DNA of 64,000 nt from an uncultured Geobacteraceae bacterium (GTDB taxonomy: Bacteria > Desulfobacterota > Desulfuromonadia > Geobacterales > Pseudopelobacteraceae): contig OW818669.1 of NCBI GenBank assembly GCA_942493195.1, positions 323,478-387,477 on the forward strand, written 5' to 3'. A program made the position numbers and the translations under genes. Positions 26,552 to 34,967 of the stretch are shown in pieces. Within the stretch, counting starts at the first letter, position 1; each line of letters begins with the position of its first letter. The notes beneath the pieces are model-generated. The model saw nothing but the letters and a program-made list of their open reading frames with translations, was not told where the DNA came from and searched no databases.

Positions 26552-27153
26552 TCCAGGCGCTCTGTGCCATACTCGGTGCCTACTTGCTGGGCTGTTTCAA
26601 CACCGGCTATTATCTGGTGCGGTTCAGGGTCGGCCAGGATATCCGCACCCACGCCAGCGGCGGCACCGGCAGTCGCAATGTCGGGCGTCTGCTGGGAGCC
26701 AAAGGGTTTGTCATTACCTTTATCGGTGATGCCGGTAAAGGGATGTTGGCGGTCTGGCTGGGGGGCTGTCTGGGGCTGGCGCAGTGGCAGCTGTTGGCCG
26801 TGCTGCTGGCGGTTGCGGCCGGCCATATCTTCCCGGTCCAGCTGGGATTCCGCGGGGGCAAGGGTTTTGCCACCCTGGCCGGCGGATTGCTGCTTCTGGC
26901 ACCCTATCTGCTTCTGGCCGGCTTCCTGCTGAGCGTGATGTTCCTGTCGATCGTGCGGCGCACCACCATGGCCGGTCTGCTGGGGTTGGCCTGCTCACCT
27001 CTCCTGATGGCCTTTGATCGCAGTCGCCAGGGGCAGCCCTTGTTAGGACGCGAACTTTTTATCGATCTCGCACTGGTACTTCTGATCCTGTACGCCCATC
27101 GTTCCAATATCCGTGATTTTTTTCAGAGCAGGAACAGCCTTCCCAAAGGATAA
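26548..27153 (+). CDS. plsY: glycerol-3-phosphate acyltransferase PlsY
   Basis: About 200-aa membrane protein with a GxxNxG-like motif (SGGTGSRNVG) and GKGFATLAG. ATGA overlap with the upstream aas fusion. Confidence 0.8.
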   Translation: MIQALCAILGAYLLGCFNTGYYLVRFRVGQDIRTHASGGTGSRNVGRLLGAKGFVITFIGDAGKGMLAVWLGGCLGLAQWQLLAVLLAVAAGHIFPVQLGFRGGKGFATLAGGLLLLAPYLLLAGFLLSVMFLSIVRRTTMAGLLGLACSPLLMAFDRSRQGQPLLGRELFIDLALVLLILYAHRSNIRDFFQSRNSLPKG

Positions 27154-27280
27154 CCCATGGGGCATACCGCCTGTGAAAAGATGGAATCCCGCCAGAACGG
27201 CGGTTAATGAGTGCACATATTGACTGGCTGATTTCCGGATTCGTGGTATAGAACACAGGTGAGTTTTTCAATGATATGAT

Positions 27281-28630
27281 ATGCCTGTCGTTATCCGGGA
27301 GGAGCCTGTGCCAGAGCTGTTGACCATTAATTGTCCCCATTGTGCCTATTCCAAGAATATCCCCGCCGGCAGCATTCCCGAATCCGCCCGGCAGGCCACC
27401 TGCCCCAAATGCAGGCAGGCCTTTCCCCTGAACGGCGAGACCCTGCGCTCCTGTGTGACTGCACCGGCCGCCACTCCCGGGCAGACACCGCCTACACCAC
27501 CACCGCTCGATTCTGCCAGCGGCTTGACTGCAGCTCAGATAACCCCGACCGTGGTTCCGGCCCCGCCTGTTCCGCCCCGTCCCGCTCCCTGCACACTGAA
27601 CTTCATCTTTCACGGCACGGCCCGCGATTATTTCGGAATATGGATCGTCAATACCCTGCTCAAGATCATGTCGGCCGGTATTTATTCTGCCTGGGCCAAG
27701 GTGCGCCAGAGGCGCTTCTTCTACGGCAGCACGACCCTGCACAACCAGCCCTTCGAATACCTGGCCGATCCCATGGCACTCTTCAAGGGGTGGCTGATTG
27801 CAGCCGGTGCCTTTATCCTCTACAGCATTGCAACACAGGTCAGCCCGACCCTGAGCGGTGTGATTGCCCTGCTGATCTTCGCCGTATTCCCCTGGCTGCT
27901 GGTGCGTTCCCGCATCTTCAATGCTGTCAACTCCTCCTACCGCAATATCCGTTTCGGATTCCGCCCCAATTACCGCGAGGCCTACGTCGTCTACTTCGGA
28001 TTAACGCTGCTCTCGATCGTGACTCTCGGCCTGCTGCTGCCCTACATGCTCTACCGCCAGAGAAAATTCATGGTTGAGAACAGCAGTTACGGCTCCATTC
28101 CGTTCAGCTTCAACGCCACAGTCAAGGATTTCTACATGCTGACGCTCAAGGTTGTCCTGGTGGCCTTCGTGGTCTTCGGCGCACTTGGCCTGATTTTGTC
28201 CATGGCGGGTGGCGGCCAGCTTTTGAGTGCCTCCGCTGTCAAAGGCAAAGAGGTCTTCAATGGATTGATGCTGATTCCGTTCCTGATGTTCCCGCTGACG
28301 TACTTCATCCTGGTGGTCTATATCCAGACCGCCCTGGCCAACCTGAGCTGGAACGGTACCCGCGTGGGGAACAGCAGCTTCCTGAGTACGCTGCGCACCC
28401 GGGATATGATCGGGCTGTTTGTGACCAATGCCCTGGCGGTTCTGTTCAGCCTGGGGCTGCTGATGCCCTGGGCGACGGTGCGCATGGTCCGCTACCGTTT
28501 TGAGCATCTGCAGCTGGATGTCAGCGACGGCCTGGAGAATGTCCTGGCCGCTGCCGGGAACAGCACGGTCGGAGCGGTCGGTGACGAGTTCGGCGATGTC
28601 TTTGACATGCCGATGGATATCGGGCTGTAA
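27281..28630 (+). CDS. polytopic membrane protein with N-terminal C4 zinc ribbon (DUF898/YjgN-like)
   Basis: CPHC…CPKC ribbon, a Pro/Thr-rich linker, then about 8 TM helices including an internally duplicated half (…YRNIRFGFRPNYREAY… / …NLSWNGTRVGNSSFL…). 7 bp upstream of the M48 peptidase gene. Confidence 0.5.
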   Translation: MPVVIREEPVPELLTINCPHCAYSKNIPAGSIPESARQATCPKCRQAFPLNGETLRSCVTAPAATPGQTPPTPPPLDSASGLTAAQITPTVVPAPPVPPRPAPCTLNFIFHGTARDYFGIWIVNTLLKIMSAGIYSAWAKVRQRRFFYGSTTLHNQPFEYLADPMALFKGWLIAAGAFILYSIATQVSPTLSGVIALLIFAVFPWLLVRSRIFNAVNSSYRNIRFGFRPNYREAYVVYFGLTLLSIVTLGLLLPYMLYRQRKFMVENSSYGSIPFSFNATVKDFYMLTLKVVLVAFVVFGALGLILSMAGGGQLLSASAVKGKEVFNGLMLIPFLMFPLTYFILVVYIQTALANLSWNGTRVGNSSFLSTLRTRDMIGLFVTNALAVLFSLGLLMPWATVRMVRYRFEHLQLDVSDGLENVLAAAGNSTVGAVGDEFGDVFDMPMDIGL

Positions 28631-28636
28631 GTTGCC

Positions 28637-29683
28637 ATGAAATCAGCCAATGTTGCATATTACGATGGTAAGGTTTCCACCCGACGTGATGGCGTGCTCA
28701 CCCTTGGTAGTGATGGCGTGATTCTACGCTATGAAGGCGGGGAGCAGTTTTGTCCGTTGTCCGATCTGCTGATCCCTCCGGCGATCGGTTCCGTGCGTCG
28801 CACACTCCGCTTTCCCGATGGCGGCGTCTGCGAAATAGACGATCCCGAATTCCTGGCAGGGCTGGAAAGTGCTTGTGGTCGCAGGAGTGCCCAGGGTGTC
28901 GTGCACCGTTGGGAGAAGAGCCTGCCGCTGGTGCTGACTGCCTTGGCTATTACGGCGCTGGTGGTGCTGCTGTTTGTGCGCTACGGTGTCCCTGCCCTGG
29001 CCAAACGTGCCGCCCTGGCCCTGCCGGCTGCCACCGAAACGTCCATGGGGCGCGAGTCGCTGGCCACCCTGGACAAGCTCCTGATGAAGCCGAGCAAGCT
29101 GGACCAGCAGCGCCAGGCCGAGCTAACGGCCCTGTTTCAGCGTGTGGCCGGACCTGGCGGGGTGGATGCCGGCTACCGCCTGGAATTCCGCTCCTGTCCC
29201 CCCATCGGGGCCAACGCCTTTGCCCTGCCGTCCGGGATCGTGATCATGACCGATGATCTGGTCAAGCTGGCCAAACATGATGACGAAATTGCCGCAATCT
29301 TTGCCCACGAACTGGGGCATGTGCGCGGCCGCCACATTCTGCGGCATATCATGCAAAGTTCGGTGGCCGGACTGATTGTCGCCACCCTGACCGGCGATCT
29401 GGTCTCGATCACCTCCCTGGCCGCCACGCTCCCCACGGTCATGGTGGACGCCTCTTTTTCCCGTGAGTTCGAACGGGAGGCGGATGCCGCCGCCCTTGCC
29501 TGGATGAAATCAACCGGTGTGCCGCCGCGCCGCTACGCTGAAATCCTCGGGCGGTTGCAGGCCCAACTGGATGTACGCCAGGGGACGTTGGAAAGCGGTA
29601 ACAGTAATAAGGCCCGCAACTATCTTTCCAGTCATCCCGATACGGGTGACCGCATCCGGCGGATTCTGAAGGCGGGAGAGTGA
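28637..29683 (+). CDS. M48-family zinc metallopeptidase with N-terminal extension and TM anchor
   Basis: HEXXH motif in FAHELGHVRGRHIL, the downstream Glu of the M48 fold (…EREAD…), and a TM helix LVLTALAITALVVLLFV. Confidence 0.7.
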   Translation: MKSANVAYYDGKVSTRRDGVLTLGSDGVILRYEGGEQFCPLSDLLIPPAIGSVRRTLRFPDGGVCEIDDPEFLAGLESACGRRSAQGVVHRWEKSLPLVLTALAITALVVLLFVRYGVPALAKRAALALPAATETSMGRESLATLDKLLMKPSKLDQQRQAELTALFQRVAGPGGVDAGYRLEFRSCPPIGANAFALPSGIVIMTDDLVKLAKHDDEIAAIFAHELGHVRGRHILRHIMQSSVAGLIVATLTGDLVSITSLAATLPTVMVDASFSREFEREADAAALAWMKSTGVPPRRYAEILGRLQAQLDVRQGTLESGNSNKARNYLSSHPDTGDRIRRILKAGE

Positions 29684-29780
29684 CATAGCCACCAGATTTT
29701 CAATCGTTTAAATAGATTAATGCTTCAAAGCCACAGCTGTAATCAAATCACATCACCCGCAGTTCCGAGAGGAGATCACC

Positions 29781-30635
29781 ATGCGTTACCTGTTACTGGC
29801 CGTTGTTCACACGATTCTGTTTTCCACCCTGGCCTGGGCGGCCCCCACTGTGTTCTTGAAGGATGGTACCAAGGTGACCGGCAACTCGGTCTGGCAGGAG
29901 GGTAACAAGGTTTATCTGAGCAAATCCAAGGTGCTGTACGAATTCGGCCAGGATGAGGTCAAGCTGCAGGAAACCATGAAGTTCAACCGGATCGGCGCAT
30001 ATCAGGAGGTCAGTATTGAGGCCCGTCACACACCCTCATCGCCTGCCCCCAGAAAAGTCCGCCGGCCTGATAGACCTGCCGTTGCAGCGGTGGCCACCGT
30101 CAAACCGGTTGCTGCAACAGCGGCAGTAAAACCGGTAGCAGCGGCCGCTGCCCCGGTGACTGCAGCCCCACCGGCGCCAAAGCCGGCTGCTCCGGCAGCG
30201 GCAGCCAAAGAGAATGTCCCCCCGGCGCCCGCGCAACCGACAGCGGCCGAGCCACAGAAGGAGCTGGCGCCCGCGCCGCCGGCTATACCGCAGCCCAGTG
30301 CCGGTTTCCCCTTGGGGGCGCTGGTGATCGCGCTGGTGATCTGTCTTATTCTGGTTGCCGCCAATTGGATGATTTTTGAAAAGGCCGGTCAGGCCGGCTG
30401 GAAATGTCTGATCCCGATCTACAACATGTACATCCTGATGGTGGTGGCCGGCAAGCCGTGGTGGTGGTTCCTGCTGCTGTTCGTTCCGCTGGTGGGGGCG
30501 GTGATCTACCTGCTGGCCATGCTTTCCCTGGCTAAGAAATTCGGGCGCAGCGAACTGTTCGGCGTGGGCATCTTCCTGCTGCCGATTGTCTTCATGCCGC
30601 TGCTGGCCTTCAGCGATTCGCAGTATCAGGGGTAG
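29781..30635 (+). CDS. secreted/membrane protein: signal peptide, small N-domain, Pro/Ala-rich linker, C-terminal DUF5684-like membrane domain
   Basis: Signal MRYLLLAVVHTILFSTLAWA. An ~130-aa A/P/V low-complexity linker. C-terminal segment …MIFEKAGQAGWKCLIPIYNMY…GKPWWWFLLLFVP…FGVGIFLLPIVFMPLLAF. Confidence 0.5.
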   Translation: MRYLLLAVVHTILFSTLAWAAPTVFLKDGTKVTGNSVWQEGNKVYLSKSKVLYEFGQDEVKLQETMKFNRIGAYQEVSIEARHTPSSPAPRKVRRPDRPAVAAVATVKPVAATAAVKPVAAAAAPVTAAPPAPKPAAPAAAAKENVPPAPAQPTAAEPQKELAPAPPAIPQPSAGFPLGALVIALVICLILVAANWMIFEKAGQAGWKCLIPIYNMYILMVVAGKPWWWFLLLFVPLVGAVIYLLAMLSLAKKFGRSELFGVGIFLLPIVFMPLLAFSDSQYQG

Positions 30636-30743
30636 ACTTCATGTACATGGCCGGTTGCATTTCAGAATAACCTGAAACGCGACCGGCCTTTCCGCATTAC
30701 AGCCCGACACGGCACTAGCTGTTTCATCCCAGGAGGAATCCCC

Positions 30744-33257
30744 ATGCAAGACCCCGTAGCTCTGTTTATGTGGCTGATCAATCATCAGTTTGTGATCCTT
30801 TCTGTCATTGTCATTGTGGTTCTGTTGTGGAACTCGGTGGTGATCGTGGGCGGCAACGAGATCGCCCTGATCGAACGGCGCTGGTTCGGCTCCAAGATGC
30901 CTCAGGGGCGCGTTGTGGCCCTGGGCAACGAGGTCGGTATCCAGGCCCGCACCCTTGGCCCCGGTCTGCACTTCCTGATCCCTTTCATCTACAAGGCCTC
31001 GAAAAGCGTCTTTACCGAGATCCTGGAAAACGAGATCGGGCTGATCGAGTCGGTGGATGGTTCATCGATCCCGGCCGGGCGGATTTTTGCCGCGGTGGTG
31101 GCCGGTCACAACTCCTTCCAGGACGGCGAGGCTTTCATCAGGAACGGCGGCCAGAAAGGGCCCCAGATCGAGATCCTGCCCCCCGGCAAGTACCGCATCA
31201 ACCCCTATCTGTTCAAGCTGACCAAGGGCAATGTCACCGAGATCAAGGATTTCGAGATCGGCATCGTCGAGTCGGTGGACGGCGTGGCTATTCCGGAAGG
31301 GCGCATCTTTGCCCAGGCGGTGGAGGGACACTCCTCCTTCCAGAACGGCGATGTCTTTATCAACAACGGCGGCCAGAAAGGGCCGCAGATCGAGTTTATC
31401 CCCCCCGGCAATTATCGTATCAATCCCTATCTGTTCAAGGTCACCAAGGCCGCCGCCACCAAGATCGGCGAAGGAGAGATCGGCCTGGTGGAGTCGGCCG
31501 ACGGTGCCGCCATCCCGGCCGGGCGCATCTTTGCCACGGTGGTGCCGGGTCACAATGCCTTCCAGTCAGGCCAGGATTTTATCAGGAACGGCGGCCAGAA
31601 GGGCCCCCAGACCGAGATCCTGCCGCCGGGTGTCTATCGAATCCATCCCAACCTGTTCAAGATCACCAAGGCGGCCGCAGTGATTATCGCCAAGGGGGAG
31701 GTCGGCATGGTCACCGCCCAGGACGGCGCCCCGATCCCCATGGGTCGTCTGCTGGCCCAGAGTGTGGCCGGCCATTCCAACTATGAGAGCGGTGAAACCT
31801 TCCTGAAGAACGGCGGTCAGAAGGGACCGCAGATCGATGTGCTGCTGCCCGGTACCTACCGCATCAACCTGAACCTGTTCAATATCCAGATCGCCCCGGC
31901 CGCTGTGATCGAGGCTAACAAGATCGGCCTGGTGACCGCCCTGGACGGTATTCCCCTGCCGGACCGGGAATACGTGGCCTCGCCCGTGACCGGTCACAAC
32001 GATTACCAGGACGGTTCGGCCTTCCTGACCAAGAACGGCCAGCGCGGCCCGCAGCTGGACGTGCTGCGCCCCGGTACCTACTACATCAACCCCTTCATGT
32101 TCAGCGTGTCCATCGACGATGTGGCCGTGATCGAGCGCGGTCAGGTCGGCGTAATCGTCTCCAACGTGGGGGAGGACCCCACCGAGGAGATGAAGAAGCG
32201 TCTGGGCTCGTCCCAGACCGGGGCCTCGGCCGAGGAGGGCAAGGAGAAGTACGTGGTGCCCAAGGGCTTTCGCGGCATTCAGGAGGAGGTGGCCGGCCCG
32301 GGTCGCTACTACCTCAACCGCCGGGCCTTCATGTGCTACATCATCGACACCACCAACATCACCATTGACTGGGACGACCAGGAGGATACCCGCTTCGATC
32401 AGCTGACGGTCATCTCCAAAGACGGTTTCCCGATCCAGGTGGCGGTCAAGGTCGTCATCCGTGTCCGCCCGGATCAGGCCCCCTACATGGTGGCCAAGGT
32501 CGGTTCCATCGACAACCTGATCCAGCACGTCATCCACCCCATGATCGACTCCTCCTTCCGCAACCAGGCCTCGACCGCCTCGGCCATGAATTTCCTGCAG
32601 AGCCGCTCCGAGGAACAGGCCAAGGCCGAAGGGCGCGCCCGGGTTGACCTGGAAAAATATCACGTGGAGTGCGTCTCGGTCCTGATCTGCCAGATCAAGC
32701 TGCCCGAAGACCTGATGCAGACCCAGACCAAGCGTATCATCGCCGAGCAGCAGCAGGAGATGTACAAGATGGAGCAGCGCTCCCAGGCCGAGCGTACCGA
32801 GATGGAGAAGATGCGCGCTACAGCCGACCAGCAGCCGACCCTGGTGGCCTCGGAGATCGCCGTGAAGGTGGCCACCCAGAAGAAGACCGAGATGATCACC
32901 CTGGCCGAGGGTAATGCCGAGTCCAAGGCACTTGAGGGCATTGGTGAAGGGAAGCGTTTGACGGCCATCGGCAACGGTGAAGCCTCCAAAATCGCCGCTA
33001 TCGGTGAGGCCACGGCCCAGGCCTACAACAAGCAGCAGGAGGCCATCGGCGAAGAGGCAATCAAGCAGATCAAGATTGTGGAGCTGATTGCGGCCGCCAT
33101 CGAGAACGGCAAGATCAAGATCGTCCCGGACGTGCTGGTGTCCGGCGGCGGGAGTGCCGGTGACGGCTTGATGGGGCAGTTGACCCGACTGCTGCCGGGG
33201 GTGGACCTGGGGGCGTTGGTGAAGAAACCGCCGGCTGCGCCGGAGGTTAAGGGGTAG
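30744..33257 (+). CDS. giant SPFH/band-7 (flotillin-like) membrane protein with 5-6 tandem ~74-aa repeats
   Basis: N-terminal TM (FVILSVIVIVVLLW). Repeats of the form E.G..ES.DG..IP.GRIFA..V.GH..FQ.G..FI.NGGQKGPQ.E.LPPG.YRINP.LFK with a 222-bp nucleotide period, seen at about 31144, 31366, 31584, 31809 and 32036. The C-terminus is coiled-coil and flotillin-like (QQQEMYKMEQRSQAERTEMEKMRATADQQ…). Confidence 0.6.
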   Translation: MQDPVALFMWLINHQFVILSVIVIVVLLWNSVVIVGGNEIALIERRWFGSKMPQGRVVALGNEVGIQARTLGPGLHFLIPFIYKASKSVFTEILENEIGLIESVDGSSIPAGRIFAAVVAGHNSFQDGEAFIRNGGQKGPQIEILPPGKYRINPYLFKLTKGNVTEIKDFEIGIVESVDGVAIPEGRIFAQAVEGHSSFQNGDVFINNGGQKGPQIEFIPPGNYRINPYLFKVTKAAATKIGEGEIGLVESADGAAIPAGRIFATVVPGHNAFQSGQDFIRNGGQKGPQTEILPPGVYRIHPNLFKITKAAAVIIAKGEVGMVTAQDGAPIPMGRLLAQSVAGHSNYESGETFLKNGGQKGPQIDVLLPGTYRINLNLFNIQIAPAAVIEANKIGLVTALDGIPLPDREYVASPVTGHNDYQDGSAFLTKNGQRGPQLDVLRPGTYYINPFMFSVSIDDVAVIERGQVGVIVSNVGEDPTEEMKKRLGSSQTGASAEEGKEKYVVPKGFRGIQEEVAGPGRYYLNRRAFMCYIIDTTNITIDWDDQEDTRFDQLTVISKDGFPIQVAVKVVIRVRPDQAPYMVAKVGSIDNLIQHVIHPMIDSSFRNQASTASAMNFLQSRSEEQAKAEGRARVDLEKYHVECVSVLICQIKLPEDLMQTQTKRIIAEQQQEMYKMEQRSQAERTEMEKMRATADQQPTLVASEIAVKVATQKKTEMITLAEGNAESKALEGIGEGKRLTAIGNGEASKIAAIGEATAQAYNKQQEAIGEEAIKQIKIVELIAAAIENGKIKIVPDVLVSGGGSAGDGLMGQLTRLLPGVDLGALVKKPPAAPEVKG

Positions 33258-33279
33258 GAGAAATGTTTCGTTTGGAGGG

Positions 33280-33313
33280 TTGAGCGGTTCACGCGCGCGT
33301 GAACCGCTCAACT
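33280..33313. repeat. perfect 34-bp palindrome GTTGAGCGGTTCACGCGC|GCGCGTGAACCGCTCAAC
   Basis: Read directly from the sequence. It lies 23 bp after the SPFH stop, at the point where GC content drops sharply. Confidence 0.9.
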
Positions 33314-33332
33314 AGGAGTTGGAGATTTTTGA

Positions 33333-33662
33333 ATGGAAGCTATTGGGACAGTAATTTTATTATTATGCATTGTGAGCTACCTTGCTGGTCTGGTCACAAT
33401 TATATCGTTTTGCAATAGGCGAATTAAGAATAAACTTATTTTAAAGTCCATAATAGCCATAGCTATTTTTTTAGTATCATTCATACCTGTCAATATACTC
33501 TTTGGCCTGTCGTATAATCTGTACAAGTTTGATGAAAAATCCAAGGACCTATTAGAATTATTAATATACTTATATTTTATTGGAGTAATAGGTATTGGAC
33601 TTTATAGGGTGGTATTTGACTACTACAATCTTTACAAGAAGAAGAAAAACCAACTGAAATAA
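33333..33662 (+). CDS. hypothetical small membrane protein in an AT-rich islet (possibly foreign)
   Basis: 109-aa ORF with 3 hydrophobic helices and a K-rich tail. Codon and GC usage are very unlike the rest of the window. No family recognised. Confidence 0.35.
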   Translation: MEAIGTVILLLCIVSYLAGLVTIISFCNRRIKNKLILKSIIAIAIFLVSFIPVNILFGLSYNLYKFDEKSKDLLELLIYLYFIGVIGIGLYRVVFDYYNLYKKKKNQLK

Positions 33663-33891
33663 CTCGTCCTCTTTCTTCGCACCCGAGGAATCACCCATTG
33701 AAAGTGGAATGATTTACTATGAAAGACCTTTGGGGTCAGATCTTGAAATATAAGAATCTGGCTTTTCAAGGCCAGACCCCTGGAAGTTTTTTAAGTGCAC
33801 TTTTGGTCAAATAACATCGAGAAAGAAAACACGGCAAAAAGGAAAAGCCGATGGGATCGGCCCTTGAATAGGAATCGTGTTTGCCAAAGGG

Positions 33892-34191
33892 TTAAACAGA
33901 AAGACGCGTTTCAATGTCCATATGTCCGTGCAGAACACGTACAATCTCAATCGCATCGGCAAGAGTTTGGCGGTAGAAGATTACATGACTGCCAGCATTC
34001 AATTTCCGGTAGCCGATTCGAATCTCACTGCAATCCTTCCCTTTGAGCGGGTTGGCAGCCAACTGTTGAAACGAAACGTCCAGCATTTGTAGATACAAGT
34101 CGCGCTGATCACGCCCCCAACGGTTTTGTGTAAATTTGGCGATCTCTTTCAAATCTGCTTTCGCCATGTTTGTGAGAGTAAAAGTTGGCAT
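33892..34191 (-). CDS. parE: type II toxin ParE/RelE-family
   Basis: 99-aa toxin (…ADLKEIAKFTQNRWGRDQRDLYL…VIFYR…IVRVLHGHMD). It is 3 bp downstream of the antitoxin gene. Confidence 0.8.
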   Translation of the reverse strand: MPTFTLTNMAKADLKEIAKFTQNRWGRDQRDLYLQMLDVSFQQLAANPLKGKDCSEIRIGYRKLNAGSHVIFYRQTLADAIEIVRVLHGHMDIETRLSV

Positions 34192-34194
34192 CCG

Positions 34195-34431
34195 TTAACT
34201 TTCATTATCAAGTTCAGAAAGTAAGCTCTTGAGCGAATAATCAGCGGTGCCGCTTTCTTCACCTTCAATAAGCGCACGGCGCAGCAAGGACAGTTTGGTT
34301 TCCCGTTCCTCCAAAAGCCGCAGCCCGGCACGGATTGTCTCGCTGGCTGAACCAAAACGTCCTTGGACAACCTGCTGGGAAATAAAATTTTCGTAGTGTT
34401 TGCCAAGGCTAACGCTGGTATTTTTTTGCAT
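34195..34431 (-). CDS. parD: type II antitoxin ParD (RHH/CopG-like)
   Basis: 78 aa. N-terminal ribbon-helix-helix (TSVSLGKHYENFISQQVVQGRFGSASETIRAGLRLLEE). Confidence 0.75.
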   Translation of the reverse strand: MQKNTSVSLGKHYENFISQQVVQGRFGSASETIRAGLRLLEERETKLSLLRRALIEGEESGTADYSLKSLLSELDNES

Positions 34432-34597
34432 GAGATGACCTCCATCAATGCCATTATGATAGTACCTTATAATATATATTGGTATTGTTCAACGGGTAAG
34501 ATGACAGGAATATTTCAACAACTTAAAAGCTTAAAACCGCCTCTTTGCTTCAATATACCAAGCACAAAACAGAATTCTGACGAGGACCTCTTGTTAT

Positions 34598-34948
34598 ATG
34601 CCTGATCCCGCACCCCACAAAACAGCAAGTTCTGACAGCTACCGTGCCATCTACGCGGTTGTCGGCCGCATCCCAGCGGGTTGCGTGGCAACCTATGGTC
34701 AGGTTGCCAGCCTGGCGGGACTGCCGGGGCGGGCGCGGCTGGTGGGGTATGCCCTGAACGCCCTTGCGGGGCGCTCTGATCTGCCCTGGCACCGGGTCGT
34801 CAATGCCCAGGGGCGGGTCAGTCCCCGCTCCGGCGGCAGCGATGCGGATAGGGAGCAGTGGCTGCGGCTTGAGCACGAGGGGGTGCGGTTTGATGCCAGC
34901 GGCCGCATCCCTTTTGAACGGTTTCAATGGCGGCCACAGGCCGCCTGA
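34598..34948 (+). CDS. atl: alkyltransferase-like protein (ATL; MGMT DNA-binding domain with Trp replacing the catalytic Cys)
   Basis: The helix-turn-helix AGCVATYGQVASLAG and the motif LPWHRVVNAQG, where Ogt/Ada enzymes have PCHRVV. Confidence 0.75.
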   Translation: MPDPAPHKTASSDSYRAIYAVVGRIPAGCVATYGQVASLAGLPGRARLVGYALNALAGRSDLPWHRVVNAQGRVSPRSGGSDADREQWLRLEHEGVRFDASGRIPFERFQWRPQAA

Positions 34949-34967
34949 CAGGGAGCGTCGTAACAGC

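Noticed and set aside
29793-30364. ORFs on the minus strand encoding Ala/Gly-rich polypeptides
   Set aside because: They are antisense to the Pro/Ala-rich linker of the DUF5684-like protein. They are a compositional artefact of a low-complexity GC-rich segment.
31566-33311. 581-aa minus-strand ORF antisense to the SPFH gene, and the other long antisense ORFs (15472-16206, 21832-22602, 39733-40248, 49877-51040, 58145-59626, 59452-60849, 38263-38988, 37483-38202)
   Set aside because: They are low-complexity and Arg/Gly/His-rich, typical of antisense frames in high-GC DNA. Each is fully overlapped by a strand-opposite ORF with clear family signatures: GalU, amidohydrolase, GlpK, ArnB, TopA, TrmFO.
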